Shown here one piece after another: positions 40,279 to 49,782 of a stretch of 64,000 bases of DNA. Each line of letters starts with the position of its first letter. Position 1 is the stretch's first letter. The DNA comes from Oikopleura dioica (lineage: Eukaryota > Animalia > Chordata), in assembly GCA_907165135.1 (NCBI GenBank), contig CAJRAX010000010.1, positions 1 to 64,000 on the forward strand, given 5' to 3'. A model generated the notes under the pieces. It was given only the letters and a program-made list of their open reading frames with translations, had not been told where the DNA came from and did no database searches. Position numbers and translations under genes: made by a program.

Positions 40279-41398
40279 TGATACCTAATGTGAAAAAAAA
40301 ATAATATACTGAATCGCCCAATCACGGCCAAAATAAAAAACAATGCATGATTTCACAAGCTTACATTAAGTGCTAAAAAATATGGCAAACCAAAAAAAAA
40401 AGAAAAAATAAAGGTTTGATGATTAGACTGAGGGTAATTTCTAGCATGAGAACGCTAGAAAAATTGTTAACAGTATTTGCACGTACGCGTGTGTTCACAT
40501 ATTTCTAGGCACATTAGCCAGCCCTTTTGATATCTTACGATTCAAAAGGTTTTATTATTAATCCCTTTTAGGTTTAAAATAATTTACGCATGAATTTATC
40601 TCACGATCTTCAAAATCAACCATCCTTACAATATTCTTGTTCTTTTCTTTATTCATTTCCTTTCAAAATAAGTTGACTGTACTTGGACGACAAATCTTTT
40701 TGGACGCCGTTGGAAGACTCCTTCTTACTGTTGAGCTTCCCGTAAGGGCTGAACGCTAAGTAGCCGCGGGCAGAATATCCCAAACCGGCAAAAAGCGTTT
40801 ATAAGCGCTCACAGGTAATCGAACTCGCCGAGGACCGGTTACTGCTTTTCTAGGAAACTGACCATTTTCGACATTGCAGTTACACGTGCGCGTGACGCCG
40901 ACCCGACAAGAACGACAACGACGACATCTACTACTACGACAACGACGACGGAAACCCTGCCTGGACCGACAATGGAATTCTGACAACAACAACGACTAAT
41001 GCCCTGGAATTTGTCGAGACTTGTAATAAAACAGTGGGTCACATAGTGAGAAAGCTGTTTTATTACAAGTTTTTGGCAAAAAGCGCCACCTATGGCGAAT
41101 TGATAAAAATAGGAATTTTTCAAAAATATCGTAACATATTATATAATTATCTGAAATTGATGTTACGAACACAGATGATGAAAGTTTGCCGATAACGCCT
41201 TACGTAAGAAGCCACAATGGCCGAAATGGCCCCATTTACGAAAACAATAGAAAAATCCGGAACCAACCGGTTTCCGAAATGGAACTTTTCAAAATTTGAA
41301 ATTTCAAAAATCATTCTCGATTATCAATAAAACCACCACCAGCTTATTTTATTTTTCGTGTTCTTTGCAAGGATTTTAGCAAGCCGCAATTTGTATCA
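40279..41398 (+). repeat. 5' LTR of B (1120 bp)
   Basis: TGATAC...GTATCA termini; repeat of 47404-48556. Confidence 0.97.
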
Positions 41399-41401
41399 GT
41401 G

Positions 41402-42667
41402 ATGACCACAGAGACCGAATCCACAGAGGCGAAGCCGATTATAATGGCAAAAAGTAAGTCAGCTCCATTTCCCGAGGAAATTTTGATGGCCAGTCTGTCC
41501 CCTTTATCTGGATCTCAGTTGATTTCACCGTCCAGTCAGTTGTATCAGTTCCAATTGAATATGAGTATTTTAGAGGATAGGTTGTGTCAATTTAGCGCTC
41601 TTTTTGAAAGAAGTCTGAAGGACTTTTCTCGAACGGAGGACTCAGATTTAAAGGCTCAATTTGAGCGAAAGCTTTTAAATTGTATTCGTAGTTCTTGCTC
41701 TGAAGAATTTCTAGTGCAATATGGCCGGGACTTAGCCAATGAAACTTGTTACAAAAAGGCTCTTGAGCTTTTGAGGGAGATTTTTCGGGAGGAAAGCGAA
41801 TCTGACAGAAAAGCGCGAGCGACGGATGAATTCGAAAATTTGGTCCGAAGGACCGATTTGAATGAAAAATTCGTTTCATTCTTGAGAAGAATTAAATCGC
41901 TTGCGCGACAGATTGATAACCGTAAAGACGCGGTTGATTTTTTGGTCGAAAATAAGTTTAAAAAATTTCTTGAGCCCGCAAATTTGAGTTTTTTACGCGA
42001 TCATAAAATGCAAAACTCGAGCGCAGAAAAAATCGCTGAATTTTTAGACGAACGGGAAAGACATTGTCTTGCCCAAGTTTCAGCGGTTAACACTGATCGA
42101 ATGAATTCATTTATCGATCAAACTTCGGAAATGTTGTCTAAGCAATTGGAAGCATTTAATGAGAGTAATAAAAAGAGTCAAGAGGCTCATGAAAAGAAAA
42201 ATGAGGAACTTTCGAAGGCCCTCAAAGATTTGACAGCGACTGTGAACGAATTGAAGTTAGAAAAACAGAAAAATTCTGATAACAATTTTGTCACGAAGCA
42301 ACCTTTTTCGCGAGAGCAAAATTATCGTCAGGGCGATTTTAATACTTTCCGAAATCCTCAGAATTTTCGTCAAGCAGGGTTTAGTCCTTCTCCAGGTTAC
42401 CCTCAAAATTTTCAAAATTTTCAAAATCTAGGAGCGCCCCGCAACTTTCAGATGCAACAGAGTCGCCCTGTTTTATTTTGTTCTGAATGTGGTAAATTCG
42501 GGCACATGAAACGTAATTGCCGATTTATTGAGTGCCATGGCTGTGGACAAAAAGGACACATTCAACGCTTTTGTCAGAGAAACAATAATTATGGTCAAAA
42601 TAATAATCGAGATAATAGGAATTTCCCTCCCTTTTCGCGTGGTTCGGGAAACGTGTACTCGGGTTGA
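41402..42667 (+). CDS. gag: Gag with two CCHC zinc knuckles and a Q/N/F-rich low-complexity segment
   Basis: ORF 41399-42667 (ATG at 41402); CSECGKFGHMKRNC and CHGCGQKGHIQRFC; aligns by eye to A Gag. Confidence 0.95.
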   Translation: MTTETESTEAKPIIMAKSKSAPFPEEILMASLSPLSGSQLISPSSQLYQFQLNMSILEDRLCQFSALFERSLKDFSRTEDSDLKAQFERKLLNCIRSSCSEEFLVQYGRDLANETCYKKALELLREIFREESESDRKARATDEFENLVRRTDLNEKFVSFLRRIKSLARQIDNRKDAVDFLVENKFKKFLEPANLSFLRDHKMQNSSAEKIAEFLDERERHCLAQVSAVNTDRMNSFIDQTSEMLSKQLEAFNESNKKSQEAHEKKNEELSKALKDLTATVNELKLEKQKNSDNNFVTKQPFSREQNYRQGDFNTFRNPQNFRQAGFSPSPGYPQNFQNFQNLGAPRNFQMQQSRPVLFCSECGKFGHMKRNCRFIECHGCGQKGHIQRFCQRNNNYGQNNNRDNRNFPPFSRGSGNVYSG

Positions 42668-42690
42668 GCTCTGGTCAAGCTTTCAATCCG
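42646..42690 (+). promoter_or_regulatory. -1 ribosomal frameshift signal (G GGA AAC, 7-nt spacer, stem-loop)
   Basis: Heptamer in gag phase; the protease ORF is in the -1 frame and open from the heptamer; stem CGGGTTGA/TCAATCCG. Confidence 0.8.
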
Positions 42691-43248
42691 AAAACTTTTG
42701 TTAGTTCTGTAAAAAGTTTAGGTCGCCAACATTTTATTGATGCTCACATTTTTAACAAAAACGTAAAATTGATGATTGATACAGGCTCACAGATAAATCT
42801 TATTGGACGTGAGTATGTGCCTGATTCAGAAAAAATATACAAAAATGATTTAAAAATTTTCGCGTATAATAATACTATTGTTCCTGTTGTTGGATATATA
42901 TTGACAAATTTAATTATTGATGGACAAAACTGGGGTCGCGCGCGATTCTATGTTGTTAATGATCGATTGAACTGTATTTTGGGAACTTCTTCAATCGAGG
43001 AGCTTGAACTTATTATTAATCTTCATCGCAAGAGATTGATTAAAGGCGGTGCGATTGAACGATTTGCAAATATTTCTGAAATAACAGTAGAGCCAGACAA
43101 GGGTGAAAATGAACAGTTAGAGGGTATTCTTATGGATACTATTACTTTAAAACCAAGAACAGAACAATTAGTAGATTTACACGTTCGAAACATAAAAAAC
43201 TGTCGTCATTATTTTTTGAAAACTCGTGTCTTAAAAACTGTAAATTAG
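42664..43248 (+). CDS. pol: Pol N-terminal part: aspartic protease (MIDTGS)
   Basis: Aligns to A Pol N-terminus; separated from the RT ORF by one missing T in the run at 43212-43217. Confidence 0.9.
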   Translation: MSSGQAFNPKTFVSSVKSLGRQHFIDAHIFNKNVKLMIDTGSQINLIGREYVPDSEKIYKNDLKIFAYNNTIVPVVGYILTNLIIDGQNWGRARFYVVNDRLNCILGTSSIEELELIINLHRKRLIKGGAIERFANISEITVEPDKGENEQLEGILMDTITLKPRTEQLVDLHVRNIKNCRHYFLKTRVLKTVN

Positions 43249-43262
43249 AATTTCTCCCCTCC

Positions 43263-46200
43263 TTGCAAGAAGTCTCGCCTGATTCACCAATTTTTCGCAT
43301 ATTGATTCTTAACATGACGGATTCTTCAATAAAACTTGATAAAGGGACAAAACTAGTAGAGCTTTTTGAAGTATGTAAAGTCGGTCAGATTAAAGAGGAA
43401 GCAGTTGAAGAAATTCTTCAAAATATAAAAGTTGGCCCGATTTCGAGTGAAAATAAGCCAAAATTTTTTGATCTTATGAAAGAGTTTTGCTATCTTTTAT
43501 TAAAAGAAGCAGATTATATACCGGAATGTTCAATTGCCGAATTCAATATAGATACCATTGATTCTGTCCCTTCTGTATCTCAGCCATATAGAACAGCCTT
43601 TGCGTTACGGCAAACTATGTGGGATATTCTGAATAATTATTTGGAGAATAAAGTTATCGAGCCCTGTATATCAGTATGGAATTCTCCATGTTTGTTAGTA
43701 AGAAAAAAAGGTGGATCTTGGCGCCTCGTAGTTGACTACAGAAAATTGAATCAGAATACTCATCAGTTTCATTATCCGCTACCATCGCTTGAAGATTCTA
43801 TTTCTTATATGCAAAATAGCAAAATATTTAGTGCATGCGATCTGTATAAGGGATTCCATCAGGTTCGAATTAGCCCGGAGTCTGCTAATAAAACGGCATT
43901 TTCAACTGAACACGGCCAATTTAGATTTTTAAGAATGCCGATGGGTCTAAAAAATTCCCCTTGTTTTTTTATGCTTGTTATGGATAAGGCTCTTGAAAAT
44001 ATCCCAAAGTCAGCTGTCCTAGCTTACATGGATGATGTTTGTATTCATAGCGTTTCAGAGGCTGAGCATTTAGTTAATTTAAGAAAATTTTTCATGGCCT
44101 TAGCGGCGAATAATTTACGATTAAATGCAAAAAAATGCAGTTTTTTCGAAAATTCAGTCGATTTTTGTGGATATAACATTGGTAATGGAAAAGTAAAACC
44201 ATCGAAAGCAAGAATTGAATCGATTAAAAATTTGAGAGAGCCAAAAAACAAAAATGAGGCAATGTCAATTTTCGGTATGCTAAATTATCATAGAAGATTC
44301 ATTAAAAATTTTGCTGATAAAGCGAAGGCAATAACTAATTCTTATAAAGGTCAATTTTTTTGGGATTCTGAAGCTCAACAAGCATTTGAAAATTTAAAAA
44401 AGGAAATAACAGAGAATGCCCTTGAATTATCTATAGCGCCTATTGAAGGTGGGAGACTTGTTTTGGAAACGGATGCAAGCCATAGCGGTTATGGGGGTGT
44501 TCTTTATCTTTGCGAGGAAAAGAATAACACTGATGGCCATTTACATGGGGAACGGTGCCTGCGGCCCGTCGCTTACAATTCGGGTAATTTTACGGAAGCT
44601 CAACTTAAATACATAGTTTTGGAAAAGGAAATGTTAAGTGCAAAATTATCCATGGAGAAATGGTCTGTTTATCTAAAATTCCGGAAATTTGATTTGATTA
44701 CTGACAACTCCAATCTTAAATATATTCAGTCCTTTCGTACAAATAATAGTAGATTACAGCGTTGGATTGCGGATATAATGGCATTTGATTTTAGAATCAT
44801 ACTAAAACCGTCGTCTCAAATGAAAATTTCGGATTGTTTGTCGCGTTTTACCAAAGTATCGCAGCTAAAAGCTGCGGAATCGAATTTTCTTGATCTTCAG
44901 AAACTTGACCCGGATCTCAAACAAATCATTAATTTTACAAAGATCGACAGATGGCCAAACGTTCCACCGCCAAAATTACTTCCGTATTTGATTCACCGTC
45001 ACGATTTTTATTTTCTCGAATCGGGAGAGCTAGCGATTCGATCAACAGACAAAACCTTTAGGATTTGCGTTCCAGAAATTAAACAAAATGAAATAATTGA
45101 GACATATCATAATGATTGCCATGATGGCATTGATATAACATATTCCAAAATTATTCGAAAATATTACTGGAAAAATATGAAGGAGACAATTACAGGCTTC
45201 ATCAAAACGTGTTTTTACTGTCAAACGAGAAAGCCAAATAATCACCCTAATCGGGCCCCGACGAAAACTTTTGTGACCCCTGAAGGGCCTTATCAAGCGA
45301 TGGGATTTGACCTTATTGGGCCTCTTAGACCAACTGATTTAGGGATGATCTACATTTTTACCGCCGTTGATTTTTTTTCCAAAAAAGTTTATGCTGAGCC
45401 CTTAAATTCCAAAAAATCGGATTATTTATTAGGAAAATTCAAAAATATGATTTTTCGCAATCCAGTCTTTCCGCAATTTTGTTTATTCGATAACGCGCCT
45501 GAATTTATTAAAATTAAATCATTTTGTGAGACTCACAGTATCAAGTTTAATCAATCGCCGCCTCGACATCCATCAACAAATGGAGCCGTCGAAAACATAA
45601 ACAGAACTCTTAAATCCAGACTTCGAGCCAAATGCGATATGATTAATTGGGACCAATGTATAAATGAAGTCCTTCATTCGATAAATAGTTCAATTCACTC
45701 AGTTACAAAATTTTCGCCCTTTACGATTGAAACGGGGATTAAAAACCCTCAATTTATTAATGATTTGAATTGGCGAAAAAATGAAAATAAAATGGAAATC
45801 GATTTTAATGAAATTAAGGCAAGAATTGACCGTGAGAAACAAGCAAGATGTGAGAAATCGAATAATTTAAATTTTAAGGAATATCAATTGAATGATAAGG
45901 TGCTTATCAAAAATTTTCGCTCAAAATTTCCCCCATTTATCGGTCCTATGACAATTATCGAGAAGCATTTGACAGTATATACCTGTAGAGATGATAAAAC
46001 TGCAAAAATTTTCAAACGCCATGCTGATGATCTAAAGATTTTTTATATACGTAGAGAAACAACTGAAAGCTTAGATACTGGTTTAGTTGATCAATCGGAG
46101 CCGGCTTCAGCATGTGAAAAAGATTCAGGATTTTGTGAATTTCTGTTTTCACAAGGATCAATTTTCGAGGATTTTTCTCAATTTGAATGTTTAAAGCCGC

Positions 46201-46682
46201 ATGAGAATGTCGAAGATTCGACGGGCGAATCGATAATAAATGCAGAATTTTCTTATGGCGAAAACAATGATTTAGAAATAATTTCTCGGGCGGAAGAATT
46301 ATCAAGTGAAAGTGAAAGGCCTGTAGAAAATAAAACTGACGAAACTTCTGATCAAGTGATTTTAGAGCCTCACTCTTCGGAGAAAATTGAAAGTTCGTTA
46401 GAATCGGATTTGGATACTGACACTAATGAGGATGAAAATCAAGTGATACAAGGGAATAATCTAAGCCATATTGCTAATGAATCAGATTTAACGGGAGAAA
46501 TTGATATTGTTGCGGGCAATATTAGGCAAGAAAGCTTTTCGGACGAAACATCAATGCGGGTTGAGTTAACGGCTTATTCTGATCTTCAGATTACAGAAAA
46601 TTATCAACCTATCCCTCAAAAGTCAAATAAACGCAGATACAATTTTTCAAGCGACTCTGATTCAGATATTCGGGAGGACTAA
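43263..46682 (+). CDS. pol: Pol: RT (YMDD), RNase H, integrase (HHCC, DDE, GPM variant of GPY/F), acidic Ser/Glu linker
   Basis: 1139-aa ORF collinear with A Pol. Confidence 0.96.
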   Translation: MQEVSPDSPIFRILILNMTDSSIKLDKGTKLVELFEVCKVGQIKEEAVEEILQNIKVGPISSENKPKFFDLMKEFCYLLLKEADYIPECSIAEFNIDTIDSVPSVSQPYRTAFALRQTMWDILNNYLENKVIEPCISVWNSPCLLVRKKGGSWRLVVDYRKLNQNTHQFHYPLPSLEDSISYMQNSKIFSACDLYKGFHQVRISPESANKTAFSTEHGQFRFLRMPMGLKNSPCFFMLVMDKALENIPKSAVLAYMDDVCIHSVSEAEHLVNLRKFFMALAANNLRLNAKKCSFFENSVDFCGYNIGNGKVKPSKARIESIKNLREPKNKNEAMSIFGMLNYHRRFIKNFADKAKAITNSYKGQFFWDSEAQQAFENLKKEITENALELSIAPIEGGRLVLETDASHSGYGGVLYLCEEKNNTDGHLHGERCLRPVAYNSGNFTEAQLKYIVLEKEMLSAKLSMEKWSVYLKFRKFDLITDNSNLKYIQSFRTNNSRLQRWIADIMAFDFRIILKPSSQMKISDCLSRFTKVSQLKAAESNFLDLQKLDPDLKQIINFTKIDRWPNVPPPKLLPYLIHRHDFYFLESGELAIRSTDKTFRICVPEIKQNEIIETYHNDCHDGIDITYSKIIRKYYWKNMKETITGFIKTCFYCQTRKPNNHPNRAPTKTFVTPEGPYQAMGFDLIGPLRPTDLGMIYIFTAVDFFSKKVYAEPLNSKKSDYLLGKFKNMIFRNPVFPQFCLFDNAPEFIKIKSFCETHSIKFNQSPPRHPSTNGAVENINRTLKSRLRAKCDMINWDQCINEVLHSINSSIHSVTKFSPFTIETGIKNPQFINDLNWRKNENKMEIDFNEIKARIDREKQARCEKSNNLNFKEYQLNDKVLIKNFRSKFPPFIGPMTIIEKHLTVYTCRDDKTAKIFKRHADDLKIFYIRRETTESLDTGLVDQSEPASACEKDSGFCEFLFSQGSIFEDFSQFECLKPHENVEDSTGESIINAEFSYGENNDLEIISRAEELSSESERPVENKTDETSDQVILEPHSSEKIESSLESDLDTDTNEDENQVIQGNNLSHIANESDLTGEIDIVAGNIRQESFSDETSMRVELTAYSDLQITENYQPIPQKSNKRRYNFSSDSDSDIRED

Positions 46683-47342
46683 ATTTTAGTTCAAGACCCA
46701 ATTGTTTTGGCCAAAAAACCAATTTCGGGAAAAAAATTGGAGCAAGAAACAATCAAAAAGAAATCGGCTTCGTCTTCTCTTCCGGATTTGAATTTTTCAA
46801 ATTTTTTTCCAAATTTTGACCAAAATAAGGGTGATCATGAAATGATTGATTTTGAAGACTTAAAATTAATTGTGATCTTTGAAAACGAACACGAAAATCT
46901 TTTTTCTGAAATTGATAAATCATCCATTAATTACGATAAAAATACAGTAATCGAAACAGCTTGCGTACTAAAACAGTCAGAATTACCAAAAGATGTAATT
47001 CTATTTATTTGTAGACAATTTAAAATAGATCATACGCCGGCTGAAAAAATGGCTGAATTAAATATTCGAATAAGAGATTGGTTAATCGAGAATCAGCCAA
47101 ATTGGCACAAGGGAAGTTCGGGGGAGTATTTATTTCTTTGCAATCTTTTTTTGAGAAGAAATTTCACTCTTTCGGAATTCCGGGCCCCAGAACTTAAATG
47201 TCTGGCATCCTTTTATTTATTACCAAAATTAAATTTTATTTCAAGATCAGTTTTCTCTGAATACATCAAAAGTTATTTTTCTGAACACTTTCCGAATCAA
47301 CCATGTAAAAATCGTGATCTTCTTTTTGGCCCAGACATTTAA
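46683..47342 (+). CDS. In-frame continuation of pol after a single TAA; tandem SAP/HeH-like module homologous to the A Pol C-terminus
   Basis: Same reading frame as 43263-46682 (GAC TAA ATT TTA GTT); aligns by eye to the last ~130 aa of A Pol. Confidence 0.85.
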   Translation: MLVQDPIVLAKKPISGKKLEQETIKKKSASSSLPDLNFSNFFPNFDQNKGDHEMIDFEDLKLIVIFENEHENLFSEIDKSSINYDKNTVIETACVLKQSELPKDVILFICRQFKIDHTPAEKMAELNIRIRDWLIENQPNWHKGSSGEYLFLCNLFLRRNFTLSEFRAPELKCLASFYLLPKLNFISRSVFSEYIKSYFSEHFPNQPCKNRDLLFGPDI

Positions 47343-47403
47343 GTATAGGATTTCCATTTTCAGTATAAAAGAAAAAAAAATATATCCCCTGGCGCGGGCA
47401 TAG

Positions 47404-48556
47404 TGATACCTAATGTGAAAAAAAAATAATATACTGAATCGCCAAATCACGGCCAAAATAAAAAACAATGCATGATTTCACAAGCTTACATTAAGTGCTA
47501 ATCAAGTTGATTAGGCCTCGTCAAAAATCAAGAAAAAATATGGCAAACCAAAAAAAATAGAAAAAATAAAGGTTTGATGATTAGACTGAGGGTTATTTCT
47601 AGCATGAGAACGCTAGAAAAATTGTTAACAGTATTTGCACGTACGCGTGTGTTCACATATTTCTAGGCACATTAGCCAGCCCTTTTGATATCTTACGATT
47701 CAAAAGGTTTTATTATTAATCCCTTTTAGGTTTAAACTAATTTACGCATGAATTTATCTCACGATCTTCATAATCAACCATCCTTACAATATTCTTGTTC
47801 TTTTCTTTATTTATTTCCTTTCAAAATAAGTTGACTGTACTTGGACGACAAATCTTTTTGGACGCCGTTGGAAGACTCCTTCTTACTGTTGAGCTTCCCG
47901 TAAGGGCTGAACGCTAAGTAGCCGCGGGCAGAATATCCCAAACCGGCAAAAAGCGTTTATAAGCGCTCACAGGTAATCGAACTCGCCGAGGACCGGTTAC
48001 TGCTTTTCTAGGAAACTGACCATTTTCGACATTGCAGTTACACGTGCGCGTGACGCCGACCCGACAAGAACGACAACGACGACATCTACTACTACGACAA
48101 CGACGACGGAAACCTTGCCTGGACCGACAATGGAATTCTGACAACAACAACGACTAATGCCCTGGAATTTGTCGAGACTTGTAATAAAACAGTGGGTCAC
48201 ATAGTGAGAAAGCTGTTTTATTACAAGTTTTTGGCAAAAAGCGCCACCTATGGCGAATTGATAAAAATAGAAATTTTTCAACAAAATCGTAACATATTAT
48301 ATAATTATCTGAAATTGATGTTACGTAAACAGATGATGAAAGTTAGCCGATTACGCCTTACGTAAGAAGCCACAATGGCCGAAATGGCCCCATTTACAAA
48401 AACAATAGAAAAATCCGGAACCAACCGGTTTCCGAAATGGAACTTTTCAAAATTTGAAATTTCAAAAATCATTCTCGATTATCAATAAAACCACCACCAG
48501 CTTATTTTATTTTTCGTGTTCTTTGCAAGGATTTTAGCAAGCCGCAATTTGTATCA
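47404..48556 (+). repeat. 3' LTR of B (1153 bp)
   Basis: Repeat of 40279-41398 with a ~33-bp insertion and scattered substitutions. Confidence 0.97.
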
Positions 48557-48774
48557 AACTGTCAATCATCTGAAAACGCCAAAAAATCCATCAGAATTTT
48601 AATTAATTTTTTTTTTATTTTTATGAACTGTAAATCATCTGAAAACGCCAAAAAACGCATCAGAATTTTTCTTAATTTTTTCGTTTATTTTTATGAACTG
48701 TAAATTATCTGAAAACGCCAAAAAACGCATCAGAATTTTTTTTTATTTTCTTTTTTATTTTTTTGAACTGTAAA
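48557..48774 (+). repeat. Short satellite segment (~3 monomers) between element B and solo LTR C
   Basis: Satellite core motifs. Confidence 0.97.
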
Positions 48775-49782
48775 TGATACGAATAGAGGAAAGAACACAA
48801 GAAAAAAATGAAAAATTGAATATCCCAGTCACATAACTATTTTCGCCAATTAGGTTGATTAGGCATGAATTTCACAGTTTTATGTTCCGACGATTTTTGG
48901 AGCCAAATCTCGGATGCTTGCATGAATTCATAAATCTCTATTTTTACTTCATAACGTACGCGTTATTTCACAATTCAAAGGCACCTTAGCCATCCGTTTC
49001 GGCGGTTCTTTATTTAACTCTTTCTAGTGCTCACTACTTCTTTGTTTAATTTATGAATCGAGCTGACTCTTCAATGTCTTCAAACGATGAGGGCAATTCT
49101 TCTTGATTATAAAAAATCAACTGGCTTTTTCTACTACTACAACGGAGCTGTTGCATGTATTTCATCCTCTAGCTGAGTTCCGCTTTAAGCGGCTTGACAG
49201 TGTGACCCCGTGATCCTCGGGATGGCGCTGTCTGTAAGTGCTCCTAGGTAGGCAAAATTGATTGAACACCTTTCTGGCTCGCTTTAGGAAAGCTGACCAC
49301 TCTCCTCAAAACCGACAGAATTGCAGCTTCAACAATGGCGGCGACTTCTCTGACAACAACGACGACTACGCAATGGACTGACAACGATTACTGGAACTGG
49401 CTTTGGAAAAGTATTGATACAAATTCATTAAATTTTATCAGAAAGGGATATGGCCACATAGTGGGAAATTGAACTTTCTGATATGATTTATTTCTTGCGA
49501 CTAATTTCGAAGCAAACGTGGCTGTTTTGGCGAAATTCGAGCGACAGAAAAACAAGTGCGCGAAAAGCGCTCACCATATTTGGAAAGAAAAACATGGCGC
49601 GAAATGCGCCAAATGCCTTATTTGGAAACAATAGCACCTGCGCGAAATGCGAATTGAAAATTTGAAATTTTGAAAAATCACTCTCTCCGTACCCAAAATA
49701 ATACAGCCACGTTTTGAAATTTTGGCGTCATTCTTTGCAAGTATTCTAGCTTAGAGAGCATTTGAGCAGCAAATCGGTATCA
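48775..49782 (+). mobile_element. Solo LTR, family C (1008 bp), TSD GTAAA
   Basis: TGATAC...GTATCA termini; GTAAA at 48770-48774 and 49783-49787; motifs shared with LTR B in the same order; no internal region. Confidence 0.92.

Larger units (their letters stand above)
40279..48556 (+). mobile_element. Full-length Ty3/gypsy LTR retrotransposon, family B, 8278 bp, TSD AACTG
   Basis: LTRs 40279-41398 and 47404-48556; AACTG at 40274-40278 and 48557-48561; gag-pol homologous to family A at the protein level. Confidence 0.98.

Noticed and set aside
40683-40745. Myb-like peptide WTPLEDSFLL in LTR B
   Set aside because: Only about 20 codons before a stop, no plausible splice extending a Myb repeat, and not seen in the other LTRs
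43212-43217. Second programmed -1 frameshift (T TTT TTG) between protease and RT in B
   Set aside because: Family A is continuous here, one extra T restores a collinear protein, and homopolymer under-calling is widespread; more likely an error or a private indel
49202-49214. Internal tRNA-Trp PBS-like GTGACCCCG in solo LTR C
   Set aside because: 9-nt match in mid-LTR, not at a terminus; compatible with chance
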